Source of the DNA: Azolla caroliniana | Lineage: Eukaryota > Plantae > Polypodiophyta | Assembly: GCA_043228905.1 (NCBI GenBank) | Contig: JBHGNT010000022.1 | Coordinates: forward strand, 1,798,001-1,862,000 | DNA length: 64,000 nt | Direction of reading: 5' to 3' | In this document: positions 23,772 to 37,275 of the stretch, piece after piece | Position numbering within the stretch: the first letter of the stretch is position 1 | Layout of the letters: every line of letters begins with the position of its first letter | Made by a program: the position numbers and the translations under genes | Notes under the pieces: generated by a model | The model's database searches: none | Seen by the model: the letters and a program-made list of their open reading frames with translations, nothing else | What the model was told of the DNA's origin: nothing

Positions 23772-26700
23772 GGAATGAAGGTACATGCCGAATTGTCGGC
23801 ATTGGAGATGTGTTGTTGACGACATCAACCGGATGCAAGTTGCTGCTAAAGGATGTCTGCCACATTCCGGAAGTTCTACTGAAGCTGATATCAACCGATC
23901 GGCTGGATGATGAAGGCTACACGGGTAGCATCCGAAACGGAGTCATGAAATTTAGCAAAGGAAGCTTGATTGTGTCTCGAGCCCGGAAGATCAACACGTT
24001 ATATCTGATGCATGCCCGGATATGCAGGGAAGAAGTGAACGTAGCATCCGACAATACCGGTGAGTTGTAGCACAAGAGACTGTGTCATATGAGCCAAAAG
24101 GGGATGAGAAGACTTGCCAAAGACAACCTCATTTCGGAGGTGAAAGATGTGCATCTTGAGAAGTGCATTGATTGGTTAGCTGGCAAGCAAAACCGAACCT
24201 CCTTCTGGTCAAGACCACCGATGAGACAGAATGCACCAGTGGAGCTGGTGCATACCAATGTGTGTCAAGTGGACACGAAGTCACATGCTAGATCGCAGTA
24301 CTTCGTGACATTCATAGATGACCATAGCCGGAAGTTGTGGGTCTCACCACTAAAGACCAAGGATCAAGTGTTATCCGTCTTCAAGGAGCTCTATGCGAGA
24401 GTGGAAAGAGAAACCAGTCGGAAGCTGAAGGCGGTTCGAGCGGACAACGAAGGAGAATATTGGGGGCAATTTGAGGAGTACTGTCGGCCGAAGGGAATCC
24501 GGCTCGAATTTACCGTGTCGAAGACGCCAGAACTAAACAGGCTGGCCAAAAGGATGAACCGAACCATAATGGAGAGAGTTTGGAGCATGCTTGCACGTGG
24601 CAAGTTATCCAACATGTTTTGGGCTAAGGCACTGATGACGGCGACTTACGTGATAAACAGATCACCCTCAGTACCCTTGGATGGAGACACACCATAGAGA
24701 GTATGGACCGGTAAAGACGTGTCTTACTAGCATCTGAAGGTGTTCGGGTGTCTTGCATATCTGCATGTTGCAAAGGACAAGAGAGAAAAGTTGGATCCGA
24801 AGTCCAAACCATGCATATTCCTTGGATACGGCAATAATGAGTTCGGTTACCGGGTGTGCAATCTAATCGACAAGAAGTTGCTCCAAAGTCGGGACATAGT
24901 CTTCATGGAAGACAGGACCATTGCCGACTGGGAGTCAAAGAAGAAGATGATGAACTCCAGATCATCCAATGAAAACCGGTTTGAGGACACAAGGACCTAC
25001 CCGGTTGAAAACCGGATGTTGGCAGGCAACCGGATGACACTCGACGAACCGGCCGGATACGGACAAGAAACCGAACCGACCGAAGAAGAAGAAGAAGAAG
25101 AAGAAGAAGAAGACACCGGATCTGGACAAGATCCCAAATCAGACTCAGACTCGGAACAAATGGAGGAACCGGTAGCCAGAAACCAAGGACGGAGATATCC
25201 TCTCCGAGAGAGAAGAGTCCCCAGAGATTTTCGGATGTAGAGCATGTATTGCTGACAGATGAGGGGGAGCCGGAAAGCTTTGAAGAAGCAAAGAAAGACA
25301 CCAACAGCCGCAAGTAGTTGAGTGCAATGCAAGACAAGATGGATTCCCTGCATAAGAACCACATGTATGAACTAACGGAGTTGCCGAAAGGAAAGAGGGC
25401 ACTCCGGAACAAGTGGGTGTACAAGCTAAAACCGGGAGATGCCGGAAACCCACCGAGATACAAAGCCCGGATCGTGGTGAAGGGGTTCAAGCAGAAGAAA
25501 GGAGTGGATTTCGATGAGATCTTTGCCCGATAGTTAAGATGACTTCCATCCGGACGGTGCTGAGCATAGCGGCAAGCATGGACCTCGAGGTAGAGCAACT
25601 AGACGTAAAGATGGCGTTCGTCCATGGTGACCTCGAAGAGGATATCTACATGCAGCAGCCAGAAGGATTTGTGAAGAAAGGGAATGAGCATTTGGTGTGC
25701 CGGTTGAAGAAGAGCTTATACGGACAGAAGCAAGCTCCCCGGCAATGGTATCGGAAGTTTGACTCCTTCATGACCGACCAAGGGTACCACAGACGCAGGC
25801 CGATCACTACGTGTTTATGAAGAAATTTGACGGAGGAGATTTCTTGATACTCCTATATGTGCATGATATGTTGATCATCGGACGAGACCAAGGCCAGATG
25901 CGGATGTTGAAGAAGGCTCTGAACTGGACCTTGTCAATGAAAGACTTGGGTCCGGCAAGACAGATATTGGGAATGCACATCATCCAGAACCGGTCGAAGA
26001 AGTTGTTGTGGTTGTCACAGGAGAAGTACGTGACAAAGGTGCTTCAACGGTTTAACATGTCGGAGGCGAAACTGGTCGGATTGACACTTCCGGCAAACTG
26101 CAAACTATCCGGAAAACAAAGCCCGAGGACAAAGGCGGAGAAGATGGATATGATGAAGATACCATATGCCTTTGTTGTCGAAAGCTTGATGTACACGATG
26201 GTATATACCCGGCCAGATATCGGATATGTAGTCGGAGTAGTGAGCTGGTTCATGAGCAATCCCGGAAGAGAGCACTGGAAAGCGGTAAAGTGGGTACTCT
26301 GGTATTTGAAAGGCACCTCGAGTATGTGCCTCTGATTCGGCTCCGGTAAATCCCTCTTGGAAGCGTCACCAATTCGGATATGTTGGCTGATGCGGATACC
26401 ATTCGGTCTACATCCAGATATGTCATGACTTATGCAGGGGAGCTGTTTCGTGGTAGTCGAGGTTGCAGAAGACGGTTGCATTGTCATCCACAGAGGCGGA
26501 GTACATGGCAGCTCTGGAAGCCGACAAGGAGATAATTTGGATGAAGGACTTCATCAGAGAGCTAGGGATCCAAGAGGAAGAATACCGGCTCTACTGTGAC
26601 AGTCAAAGTACCATCCACCTTGCGAGGAACGCGGCCTACCATTCCCGAACGAAACATATCCAACGAAGGTACCACTGGATCCGGGAGAGAGTAGAAAATC

Positions 26701-27336
26701 AAGAGTTCGTGCTGACGAAGATCCACACCAAGGAGAACGGGTCGGATATGCTGACCAAGGTGTTGATAACCGACAAGTTGGACGTGTGCCGAAAGCGGAT
26801 TGGATTGACGAGACATCCCATGCCAAAGTCAAGGGGGAAATTGTTGGGAAGTCGGTCCCTCCGGATGTGATCCGATTATGAATGAAGAGAGGACTCGGTG
26901 AGAACCGGAAGAGAAGACATATTTGTAAATAGCCCTAAGTTAATATGAGTATAAATATGACCTAGGGCAATCACAAAAGTGTGGGTGTTGTCATATTATT
27001 GTATGTGCATAACTGTTGTATAGAGAGAAAGAGAGAGAGAGAGAGAGATACAAAGTGATACTCTGTTGTAACCGCCGCTTGGCGAAGATACAAATCTCGA
27101 GGTCGTTGCCTCTGAGTCTCTGATTGTACCTTTCTTATATAGTGATAGTTTGGAGTTTGTGGGCTCCTGTGGTTTTTCTCTATTAGGTTTTTCCACGTAA
27201 ACATCTTGTGTACTCTCTATCGTTGTTTGTGTGTGTACTTGCGTTCACTCCCTACTTCCCATTTCTGTGTTTGATTCTCAAAGAAGTGATTGAAGACTCA
27301 GTTGTGGCCGAGCAATATTCCGCGCTATTTCCCACA
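23772..27336 (+). mobile_element. Degenerate Tnt1-like copia C (PR-INT-RT-RH, 3' LTR), outermost element of the nest
   Basis: CRIVGIGDV, RADNEGEY, QLDVKMAF, RTKHIQRRYHW in broken ORFs 23772-26870; PPT AAGGGGGAAA at 26831-26840. Confidence 0.9.
26842..27336 (+). repeat. 3' LTR of copia C
   Basis: TGTTGGGAA...TTCCCACA, TATAAAT near 26950, homologous to the solo LTR at 55608-56426. Confidence 0.85.
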
Positions 27337-27568
27337 ATTTCCCATTTTTATTAGATTCATTGTTCTAATATACTGGATCACTTAACATTTCTTCCCTAAC
27401 AAATTTCTTGTGTGTGTGTGTAGGGAGTGGACACATTCAATAGCTTTTGAACAATACAAGGAAGATTAGCATAACCATGTGCTTCACAGATGATATAAAA
27501 ATCAAGAAAGGGTTAATATTTTGCGTTTCACTTTTCCTTAAAAATTATTTAACCTTTGGGGATGATGA

Positions 27569-27875
27569 TAAAATCTAGAGTGCTACAAACCACCGTGAGA
27601 ATTACAGTTTTAAGTTTTGAATCTCACGTACAAAAATGTCTATGGACTAAGTCAAAAGTTAAATAGGTAAGTACGAAGCAACAAAAGACAATATACATTC
27701 TCTAAATGGGGAATACATTTCAAACTAACCATGTGTATAAAATAGAGCGCTACAAAGGGCTACGAGAATTACACTTTCAAGTTTTGAAAGTCATGTACAA
27801 AAATGCCTATAGAATAAGTCAATATTTTAACATGTAAGTATTGAGCATGGGAAGACTATACACATATTCTTAAAT
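27569..27875. repeat. Degenerate tandem duplication (about 170-bp period)
   Basis: TAGAGYGCTACAAA...GAGAATTACA...TACAAAAATGYCTAT...TAAGTCAA appears twice. Confidence 0.65.
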
Positions 27876-28228
27876 AACATACACATCGATGATGATATCC
27901 ACGTGTTTTGGAAATTGTAAAATTCAAGAGTTTGTTATGTGAATAATTATGTCAAGTTCCAAGGTGAGCATAAATTCCTTATCACAACATTGTTGGAGGA
28001 GAAGAATAAAAGCTAACATATGAATAACTCGGTTTAATCATAGATTTACACGTCGGGATGCATGCATTACAAAGAACAATGTTCTATTGACAATCAAAAA
28101 GCTAATGTGAAATCAAGTAGCATTCAATTTTTTAATTTTTTGCAAATCTATGGTAATGATACAATATCCAACTTATGTTATTGGACACAAATATTGTGTC
28201 ATACGGAAAGCACAACATGCAATTTTGG

Positions 28229-28634
28229 AACCACGCAAGCAAATGCGTGCAGCCCTTGTATGGAAAATCGTATCAATGGTTACATTATGGATCTTATGGA
28301 AGTATCGTTGTAAAAGACAACATGATTCCACAATTCATCTTCTCTTAGATATATTGCCAGAATTATGGGGGAACTTATTGACAATTGTGCGGGGGCAATA
28401 TGACAATATGTTAGGCTCTTCAGAGGTTGTTCTTAAGAAAAGGAAAAAATTATTGCAATTATGGAGGAAATTGCCTTTGTTCACAGTCTCCTCTCAAGGA
28501 CCGATATGGAAATATCATCACCAATTGGTCTTGCCCTGACCATTTTGTTTGTATATAACACTCTCTAATTATACATTTTGTAGCGCTCTAGCACTTTTCT
28601 TAATACTAATGAAGAAAATCTTTTGGGAAAAAAA
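28229..28634 (+). mobile_element. 5'-truncated L1-type LINE (ORF2 C-terminus, 3' UTR, short poly-A)
   Basis: 15-bp TSD AACATGCAATTTTGG at 28214-28228 and 28635-28649; A-tract before the second copy; peptide VWKIVSMVTLWILWKYRC resembles a plant L1 ORF2 tail. Confidence 0.82.
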
Positions 28635-31237
28635 AACATGCAATTTTGGTTACCATTATCGCTTGATACATGTGGGATAATGGCTTCAATGTGCAACCAA
28701 CTATTATTGTTTACAACAATGCAACAAAAATGTCTCAAATATTTTTAAACGACAATTGTAATCTAGTTGAACTAACACGTATTTTGGGCAATTTAATTCC
28801 TCAATTTTTTAATAGGGAGTTAATAGTTACATGTTGCATGAATAATTTGGGTAGTCTATGTCAATTTGCACATGAGAATGAGTCACATACATAACAGATA
28901 TTTTACTTTTTAAGTCTCGCCCTTTCATATGGTCCAATAACCCAAAGAAAATGTTGTATATGAAGACTCCAAATAGAGCATATAAGAACCATAGATGAAA
29001 GATTCAAAATCCCCCAATGTTTTGGATACTCCACAAAAGGCTTGGTTTTCACAATGCAAAATTGATTCATTACTCTTTGATAGGGCAAAATGAGAAAAAT
29101 GTGTAGAGATATCAATGTCAACTACACAATTCAAGTCCACCTATGTCAAAAGTGTAAGGGAAGATACCTTATGTAGTAAGGACAATGGATACTTTATCAT
29201 ATGCCAAACCACTCTCTTGTCACAAGGAACTAGTATATGATTATTTGTGAAATACATATAGAATGTTCTATATAAACAATGCATCCCTCAGTTCAATTAA
29301 TATAATATTTTCTCATGCCCCGCTTGGATGCAAGATATGAAAAAATGGTTTGGAAAATCGAGTGCAAAACACTTGCTTCATGATGCATTAATAGATTTCT
29401 CTATGAATGAGGTCGTTTTACAACCCCAAAGTATCATGACATGGGAAAAAATTGGGGGTTCACACTTCATACATTATATTACGTATGTTGCACCTAACTA
29501 CAAAACCATACTCTTTGCTGAAGAAAGAAAACAGACACATCAATAGATGTTAGAGCACATCCCGTGTTGTTTGAATCATTGCTTCCATGTTGATTGATTA
29601 ATTAACACTCACTTTGAAGTGAGACAAGACATTTGAGTATTGGTGAAAAGTCTAGTCAACTATGCACATTTTGCCCTAAACAATTTCAAGAATTTGGTAT
29701 CACACTTTGATACAATGCTCTACCTTTGATCACATTTGACTATGTTTTCCACGTATCATTGATCAAACCCAATCCTTGAACAAAAAATCCTCACATTCAG
29801 AGTGTGCACAATCAATAGTGACATTCATTAGTAAAGTTCTTGAACATCGAGAACTGTTACCCATTTCACATGCATTATGTGAAAATATTATATTTTTGGT
29901 CTTGTAGGTCATATATTTGGATGATATGTACAATTCGAGCAATTACATATATGGTGGTCTATTCATCCACTTTCTCTCTTTTTTAAGGGTTGACTAATTT
30001 AATTCAAGAAAATCACAAAAACCTAGGGGCATTCTAGGAACTTAAGAAAATAAGGGGCATTTCTTAAATTTTCCCTACTTGAAGGAAACCTTAATATAAA
30101 ATGACATCCCACAAAATTAGTAATATACAAAGTTATGTTTAAATCTATGTAGCTCTCTGAACTTTTTCATGACCAGAACTTGTACATGTCCTCATGGTGT
30201 GAGTGAGTGAGTTTACTTAAGTGCAAAGAGGATATAGTAATTTTGTTTAGTCATAATCTGAATTGAATTCTTTGGTGATGGTTTCTCAAGCAATCATTGC
30301 ATGATTATTTCTAGCTCCAAAATATTTCCCTCGACAACCCTCGAAATTTCATGTAGTGCTTTGATTACAACAATGCATAATTGTAATATTTTTTGTGGTT
30401 TTTTACTCACCTTGAGGTTTCCCACCAATAATTACTTAAAAAGTGGAATTCTTTGGTAAAAGGGCTATATTCCAAACTTCACGTTTATGAAGTATCTTCT
30501 TGAATGTGGTTTATGCGTTGTGAGACTTTTGGTGTCAAAACTTGGACATGCCATGTTGTATTGGCTCTCATGTTCAAAGTGTCTATCTAGAGAGATTGTT
30601 GTTCATAGGGTAGTTGATTTGAAGTGTGTGCACTTCCACCTCACTAATAGATGAATGTCCATGAACTCACATATTCTAGGGAAGCCTTGATATTAGAATG
30701 TTCATTTGAAAGTAGTTTCCCACTTTCAATTCTAGGTGTGTGGGAGCGGTGAATGGTTGATCAAATAACTAAATACCATGTTGTCATTGACATCTAACCA
30801 ATGAATGTCACATCTGTTGGGGTGGGTGATCTAATTATCAACGTGCCCTTTGACCCACGAGTAGATGAATGTCCATGAACTCACATATTTTAGGTACCAA
30901 CAACACACAAATGATTGGCCTTATCCATGTGTGTACATCAATAACGTTGTCCTACGGGGCATCAACATGCCTACATAAGCCTCACAAAGGGCCTTCTGCA
31001 CTTTGTCATGCATTTTTAAAAGAACTACTCTTAAATGTTTTGATATTGATAACATAATCACATAGTCTAGTTGATTCGTGCATGTGTTGTCATACAAGCT
31101 CCACTTATACAATATACACATGTTGACATATGACCTACTAGGGAATTTTATCTTGTTATGGTCATGATCATGATTGATGGAGTCTAGATAACTAAAAGTG
31201 AAGACTTGGTATTGGAATGTTCAGTTTTGGACCCGCT

Positions 31238-31520
31238 GTATGCGTGCGTGCGTGCGTGTGTGTGTGTCTGCGGTGAACAATGGAAGGAGTTTTATTGGAA
31301 GATCAAAGAAAGGAATGCCATATTGTTCTCAAATTCTAACCAATGAATGCCCCACATGTCTTGGGGCGAGGGAATCATGTTCATGTTTGAATTCTATGCG
31401 CGTGAGTGTGTAGTGAACAATGAAGGGAGTTTCATCGGAAATATCAAATCAAGGGATGCCATGTTGTTCTTGAAATCTAACCCATGAATGCCCCCACATC
31501 TGCTGGGCTGAGGGGATCCA
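31238..31520. repeat. About 140-bp tandem duplication upstream of the host gene
   Basis: GTGAACAATG..GGAGTTT...ATGCCAT.TTGTTCT...CTAACC.ATGAATGCCCC occurs twice; partial related copies at 30648-30894. Confidence 0.7.
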
Positions 31521-31689
31521 ATCATCGAATGACTCAATTGCTCAAGAGATCGAACTAGGGAACAACACAAAAAACACTCTAGGAGGGGGGCCTTCCATGT
31601 CCATCCGCCCAACTCTCTGCCCAATTGCCTTGGGAAAGGACTAACCCTGCCAAAGCAAGGCTTAAGAGAAAGAAGAAGAGATTTGATAG

Positions 31690-31910
31690 ACACAAATAGA
31701 TAGATAAAGATAGATAGATAGATAGATAATAGTAGTAGTAAATTGTAATAGAAGAAGAAGAAGAAGAAGAAGTCTATATGAACCAAAATGTGTTATATAA
31801 TTTTTTGTTCTATTCAGTTCATACATATGTACATATATATATATTACAAACAAAAGCTTCAATATTTTCTTCTTTCCGTCTTCTTCTTCTTCTTCTTCTT
31901 CTTCCTTCTT
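31690..31910. repeat. Microsatellite cluster (GATA)n, (TAG)n, (GAA)n, (TA)n, (TTC)n in the promoter/5' UTR region
   Basis: Directly visible simple repeats. Confidence 0.85.
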
Positions 31911-31991
31911 TGCGAGCAGAATTACGAAGGGAAACCCCACGTCCCAGAAAAAAGCCCCCAGATTCCTTCACTGCAAGCCATCGGCCCACGC

Positions 31992-34076
31992 ATGGCTGCA
32001 GCAACAGATATGGTCTGTCAATCTCTCTTTATCCATTTTCTCCTCTCCTTGGCATTGTTGTTTGAAAGGAAATTGTTGCATCTCAGAGTGCACCCCCCCC
32101 CCCCCCCCCCTCATGTTTTTTGTCTTCTTTTTCTGCTCAATGTTTAAATTTTCTGCCCATTGATTCATATAAAATGGCACACATTTGAGGCCTCAATTCA
32201 CTGCTTTGGGAATGGAGGACCACGTTCTTTTGATGGGAAGAAGAAGAAGAAGAATATGATGATGAAGAAGGAGAAGTAGTTCTTGATGCTCATGATGATG
32301 GTGTTGGTGGTGATGTTCTTAATGTTGAGGATGATGGTGGTGATGGATCATCCCCATCCAATATATGCTAGTATTTTTGTGTGATTCTATTTCTTGATCA
32401 TTTTATCACCCCATTGTTATCGGTAATGCAGGCTACGGGTGCAGGTAGTAGAAGAGCTGTTATACGAAGTGAGAGGTTCATGCAATGGCAGCGTGAGTTG
32501 AACAGGTACATTACTGTTCTTGCTCTGTTATATTTATGAACCCATAAAACCCTAAATTAGATATATTTGTTGAGTTATCTGTATAGAGCATTTTTTTTAC
32601 TAATTAGGTTTCTGTTCATATAACTGTAAAATCTATTTACGGTTCCTGTGATATGGGAATTTGGACATACATCGATAAAATGTGACTATGGTTTGATGCA
32701 AATACATATGTATTCTGTACATAAATTTGTGAAACGTGTACAGAGTTATCGATTCTGTACATACATCTGCAAAAGCTCTATGTAGTTTGATGGAAATCAC
32801 ATCTGCACCAGAGTATGAAGCTGATCTTTTTTAGTGTAGTTGATGAGTTTCATCATGTAAGATCTGGATATATTACTGGAAATAGATTGTTTGCACAGAT
32901 GTCACTACTTGCATGATACATTTGAACATATTTGATGCCATATCATTTGGTTGTGTACATCGCAGCAGTGATTGTTGTTAAGTGACCACTTATCATGTCA
33001 TACAAATGATGCCAACTTTTGTGTCTCATTCTTTGAATTTGCAGTAATCGATCATTATTTGGTGTTTTTGGACCTTATGACGAGAAGAATGAAGACATCC
33101 GGACATATCAAAGGAAAAGGCAGGCTTTGCTATTGTCTGGTTCCTAAAAATGGTAGGGTTTTCCACGAGAAGAATTGTTTAATTATTATCTTACTGCATT
33201 GCAGTGACAATGGAGGAAGGAGGGGCCATACCAGTAAGCACGAGAAATTCAAAGAGAGTCCTGATTGGCAATCAGATGTTGTAAAAGCCAAGGGAAAAGA
33301 GAAACTAGAGCAACATGAATCAAAGGAAATTCTGGATTGTAAACGACTTGGAACTGATATCGACTCCGATATTCATTCCAAACAAAAGGTTAGCATTTCG
33401 AAACCAGAAATTGACATTAATGGTTCGAAGCCAGAAGAGCTTGTTCAACAACATCAGCAGAAACACGATGAACCTGATCAATTACGTGCCAAGAGACGGC
33501 GAAGGGTTCTAATAACAAACGAACAAGTATTGGAGCAGTCAAGGAGGTAATTGTCTTTATTTTATGGCTTTTCTGGTGAGAGGATTAGCTCTATGGATTT
33601 CTCTGTGTGTTTGATTATGAGCTGCATGTAACTGAGGATTCTTCAAAGGTCACAATGATAAGGTCATTGATAATTGAAAACCATTTGTACAGATCCACAG
33701 CTTGTGAGACAAATGATGGTATGGACCACTCTTATACAAGAGCCTCAAAAAGGTCTAGCCGGATATTGGCAAAGAAGTTGGGTACATCAGTTACTAGGGA
33801 ATCACCACCTCAACCTATGAAGCTTCCAAAACTTCAAGTTGTTCTGAATCGTAAAGAGATACAGGATGATTGGTTCAAGATAACTGGACATAAATACACT
33901 GGAAAGCCAAAGAAGTCAGGGCTCAGTCAATGGGTATGTTTTGCTTTATTCTGCAATATTATAATGAAACTTGGCATGTTTAATGTGCTGATCCATTGTA
34001 TAAATTTTTGCAGGGTCTGGGTCTATGCACATCATTGTCATGCCCTTCCTCCATACGATATCTTAATGGTCCCTGA
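31992..34076 (+). CDS. Spliced host gene encoding a DUF1639-like protein (about 246 aa; 271 aa with the optional exon)
   Basis: Exons 31992-32012, 32432-32505, (33045-33119), 33205-33546, 33693-33933, 34014-34076 join in phase with GT-AG introns; C-terminal PKLQVVLNRKEIQDDWFKITGHKYTGKPKK resembles the DUF1639 core PKFSISLSRKEIEEDF..MTG.KP..RPKK; first exon least certain. Confidence 0.78.
33205..33546 (+). CDS. Internal coding exon of the DUF1639-like gene
   Basis: TTGCAG acceptor, GAG|GTAATT donor, open frame with a basic RAKRRRR stretch. Confidence 0.8.
33693..33933 (+). CDS. DUF1639-domain exon
   Basis: TACAG acceptor, TGG|GTATGT donor, domain motif. Confidence 0.82.
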
Positions 34077-37002
34077 CATAAGTTGTTACTTGTGACAAGA
34101 ACAGATTCTAATCAGTGTACTTATGCAGTTAATAACTTGGTACTTTATGTTAATGCCCAATGCTGAAGGATTCTTTCTTCAATCCAACTTGTTAATGAAG
34201 GAAATCATTACATCCACAGAAGATGAAACTGAATCATTAAGCTGAAAGATATGATTGAGGTTACACGCTAAAAGCTCACAGGTGATATGAGCACAGTCAA
34301 AGACCGTGCTCTGTTCATTGACTTCAATGGACTCTTTCAAAATCCAATTAATAGATGGAATTTGACTCTTTGCTCACAAATCAAAAGGTGGTCTGTGAAT
34401 ATCCGACAAATTATTTTTCTTTGGTTCATTCAGCTTCCTCACTTTCTTACTGATAATTTTAAAGACAATTGGGGTCACCAGAGAGGTTTCGAAGTACAAG
34501 AAGGCTATGTGGTGATGCCTTATGTAATCCCTATTCAAAGATGACAAAGATCATGATGTAATTAATTGTTGTGAGTTCTCTAGTTTCATAGGCTTTGAGC
34601 CTATTGCCTGCATTCTAAGCTTGTTATTTACAAAGATTCTCATGTGAATTAATGTAAGAACTGGCAATGCTAGAAGGAAAGAGTATTTTGCAAGGTCTTC
34701 ATTTAAATTGCTATTATGAATGGTAGATGCACGATTAGAGGTTGAATGTATATAATGCATGCAAGGTTGAAATTCCATTAAATGGTTCAATGTATACTCT
34801 AATATAGAATGTACATATATAGAGTACAAACATATTAAATAGGCTGAAATGTCTATGCAATAAAATGGAATTACATGAGTTTTCTGGGAAAGGAAATATC
34901 TAAGAAATGTTTGAGAAAAATGTAAAAAATTTGGGGATTTGTACTTGATACACTATGACAGGCCATTAGACTCGAGTGATTCTGCCAAGATGATGAGGCC
35001 AAATCAAATTGCTAAAATTCTTCAACATTCAGGTAAAGACTGTCCATCACTGCAATATTTGGTTTGTAAAACCTGGAATGCGTGCAAAATAGCATCCATA
35101 TTGAGTTTTCAATCCAACAGCTATGGCTAGTAGATGCAATCTTGTTTATATATTGATGTTGGACACTTGCAGTATTGCTTTATGTATTCATGCTGCTTGT
35201 TTATATATCCATGATTCAGTCAATATTATTGTGCACATGAAAAATAAAAGCAGGCTATAGCTTCTCTGGTTTGGATAGGCCAGATCAGGAACTGCGGCCT
35301 CTAATAATGGACCTTAAGACCTCTTGGCACATTGATATTTTGTTTTATCATGAACATAAATAATAATAAATAGAGATTTTGAACTTCAGGTTGGTGTTGA
35401 ACTTGAGTGATCAGATGAGGTTTGAATCGAGATTAATTCATCCAGCCTCATCTCCATTTCATGTTTTTCATGATAAAAATGTGGGTTTCAATGCAACTCG
35501 TTTGATTAAATGTCTTGGTCTGTCAAATATAATTGATTGATCTCCCAGTTTCCATTGCTAAAATGGCTTCTAGATCAGCAAAATGTCATGAATTTGAATG
35601 TACATTTTGGGCTCTTTCTATATAACCTTTCTCTGATAAACTTGTATTATAATACCACACTAGTACATAACTGACTTAGTTTCTTTCTAGCTACAGTTAT
35701 CATTTACACAGTCTAGTTTTGATTTCCTCATGTTGGCTTGCGATGTAAGATTCCTTGTTGCATGCTCCTTCTATCGTGTACTTCTGTGTCGTCCTTTATC
35801 ATTGGGTATCAGGTGGGAATTGGTTGGTACTTTTTTGCTCATATATCAGGTAAGTATCCCAGTTAATATCTATGAATTATGATTTTGTGATGCTTGCAAA
35901 GAACTGCAATGTCTTTGCATATAAGTAATAATATCATTGGTATGGTGTATGATACCAATCAACATATGGTCATAACCTTTTGTATTTTAGGGATATTCAA
36001 GGGCCAAACTTTTTGACTTGTCCATAGATTAGATCTTTTGAATTTCTAATTAAAAATTGGTGGGCAAGGCAGGCCTAAATGCACTGCATGTGTATGATGC
36101 ATTATCTGCGTTTAATTTAGGATTCTTCAGATCATGATTCCTGTGCAGAAGCAAGAACGACTCTGCATTGGAACCAGAAGAACAATCTTAACTGCATTGG
36201 ATATGGAGGGCCAACTTTGCAGGAATATGTCTCGCTCAATGCCTTCTTGCCTTTCAAGTGTTTGAATGGAACAAGGAAGAACTGTAGGTAGTAGAAGATG
36301 AAGTCAATGCTAGTGATGATTTATGCAAGGTTGAGAATGATTGGATTCATTTAGGGGAAAAAGTACTCTGGGATGAATCATGAAGCTAATGATAAGAATG
36401 GTATTGAAACATATGATATTGATCTATGATGCGTTAATTACTATGTTTATGATGCCCCTGATGGGAATGTTTTGAACAACTGGTTCATGCTAATGCTTGG
36501 AATGTAGATGGCTGCTGAAGTGATGAGATGATTAGTGTTCTTGATGATATATTGTGTCATATGATGCTTTTCCCTGATAGATTTTATCATCGTTGTTCAA
36601 GGTCAAAAGTGATAAGTAAGATGGTGGTGGGGACCTGTTTGCAGATTGGGATGATGATGGCCATAATGTTAATTCTCTGAGTTGCAGCAAGGTCTTGCAA
36701 AATGATGGGAATACTTCTGCAGTTGATGATATACATATCAAATATTGGTCATTGTCTGGATGTTTCTGTGATAAATGGTTAGATCAGCTTTGGTGGTTTT
36801 AAATGCGAAAATGCGATGGCAAAAAATGAGCGCGAAGGGCATATGAATTGCATATGCAAAAAATGTTCATACTGATGATATTGATGAGCATGGTCATGCT
36901 TGTGACACATCAAAAATTTGAGGCTGCTGATGCTTTTGGGATCTTTGTAGTCATAATCTGTGGGTACTGAAATGTTAATAATCATATGGGTGATGATATT
37001 TT

Positions 37003-37275
37003 CAAAACAATATGGTGGTGTTGTGACCGATGAACATTGTTTTTGTGATAATGTGGACATTGAGCTTGGTGATTATTAGTTTTATATGAAGATGGTGCTC
37101 TCTTTTATAATGCAACTGATGGTATATATCATATAATTCTGTAAAACAATGTGGTCGTGTTGATGCGACCGATGATCATTGTTTTTGTACGAATTTGGAT
37201 TTGAGCTTGGTAATTAGTTTTATATGAAGATGGTGCTCTCTTTTATAATATATATCATATGAGTTTGTAAAGCAA
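37003..37275. repeat. About 140-bp tandem duplication
   Basis: GACCGATGA.CATTGTTTTTGT...TTGAGCTTGGT...TAGTTTTATATGAAGATGGTGCTCTCTTTTATAAT twice. Confidence 0.75.

Noticed and set aside
32190-32370. Acidic, coding-like stretch within intron 1 of the host gene
   Set aside because: No convincing splice sites keeping it in frame; probably low-complexity GAT/GAA sequence.
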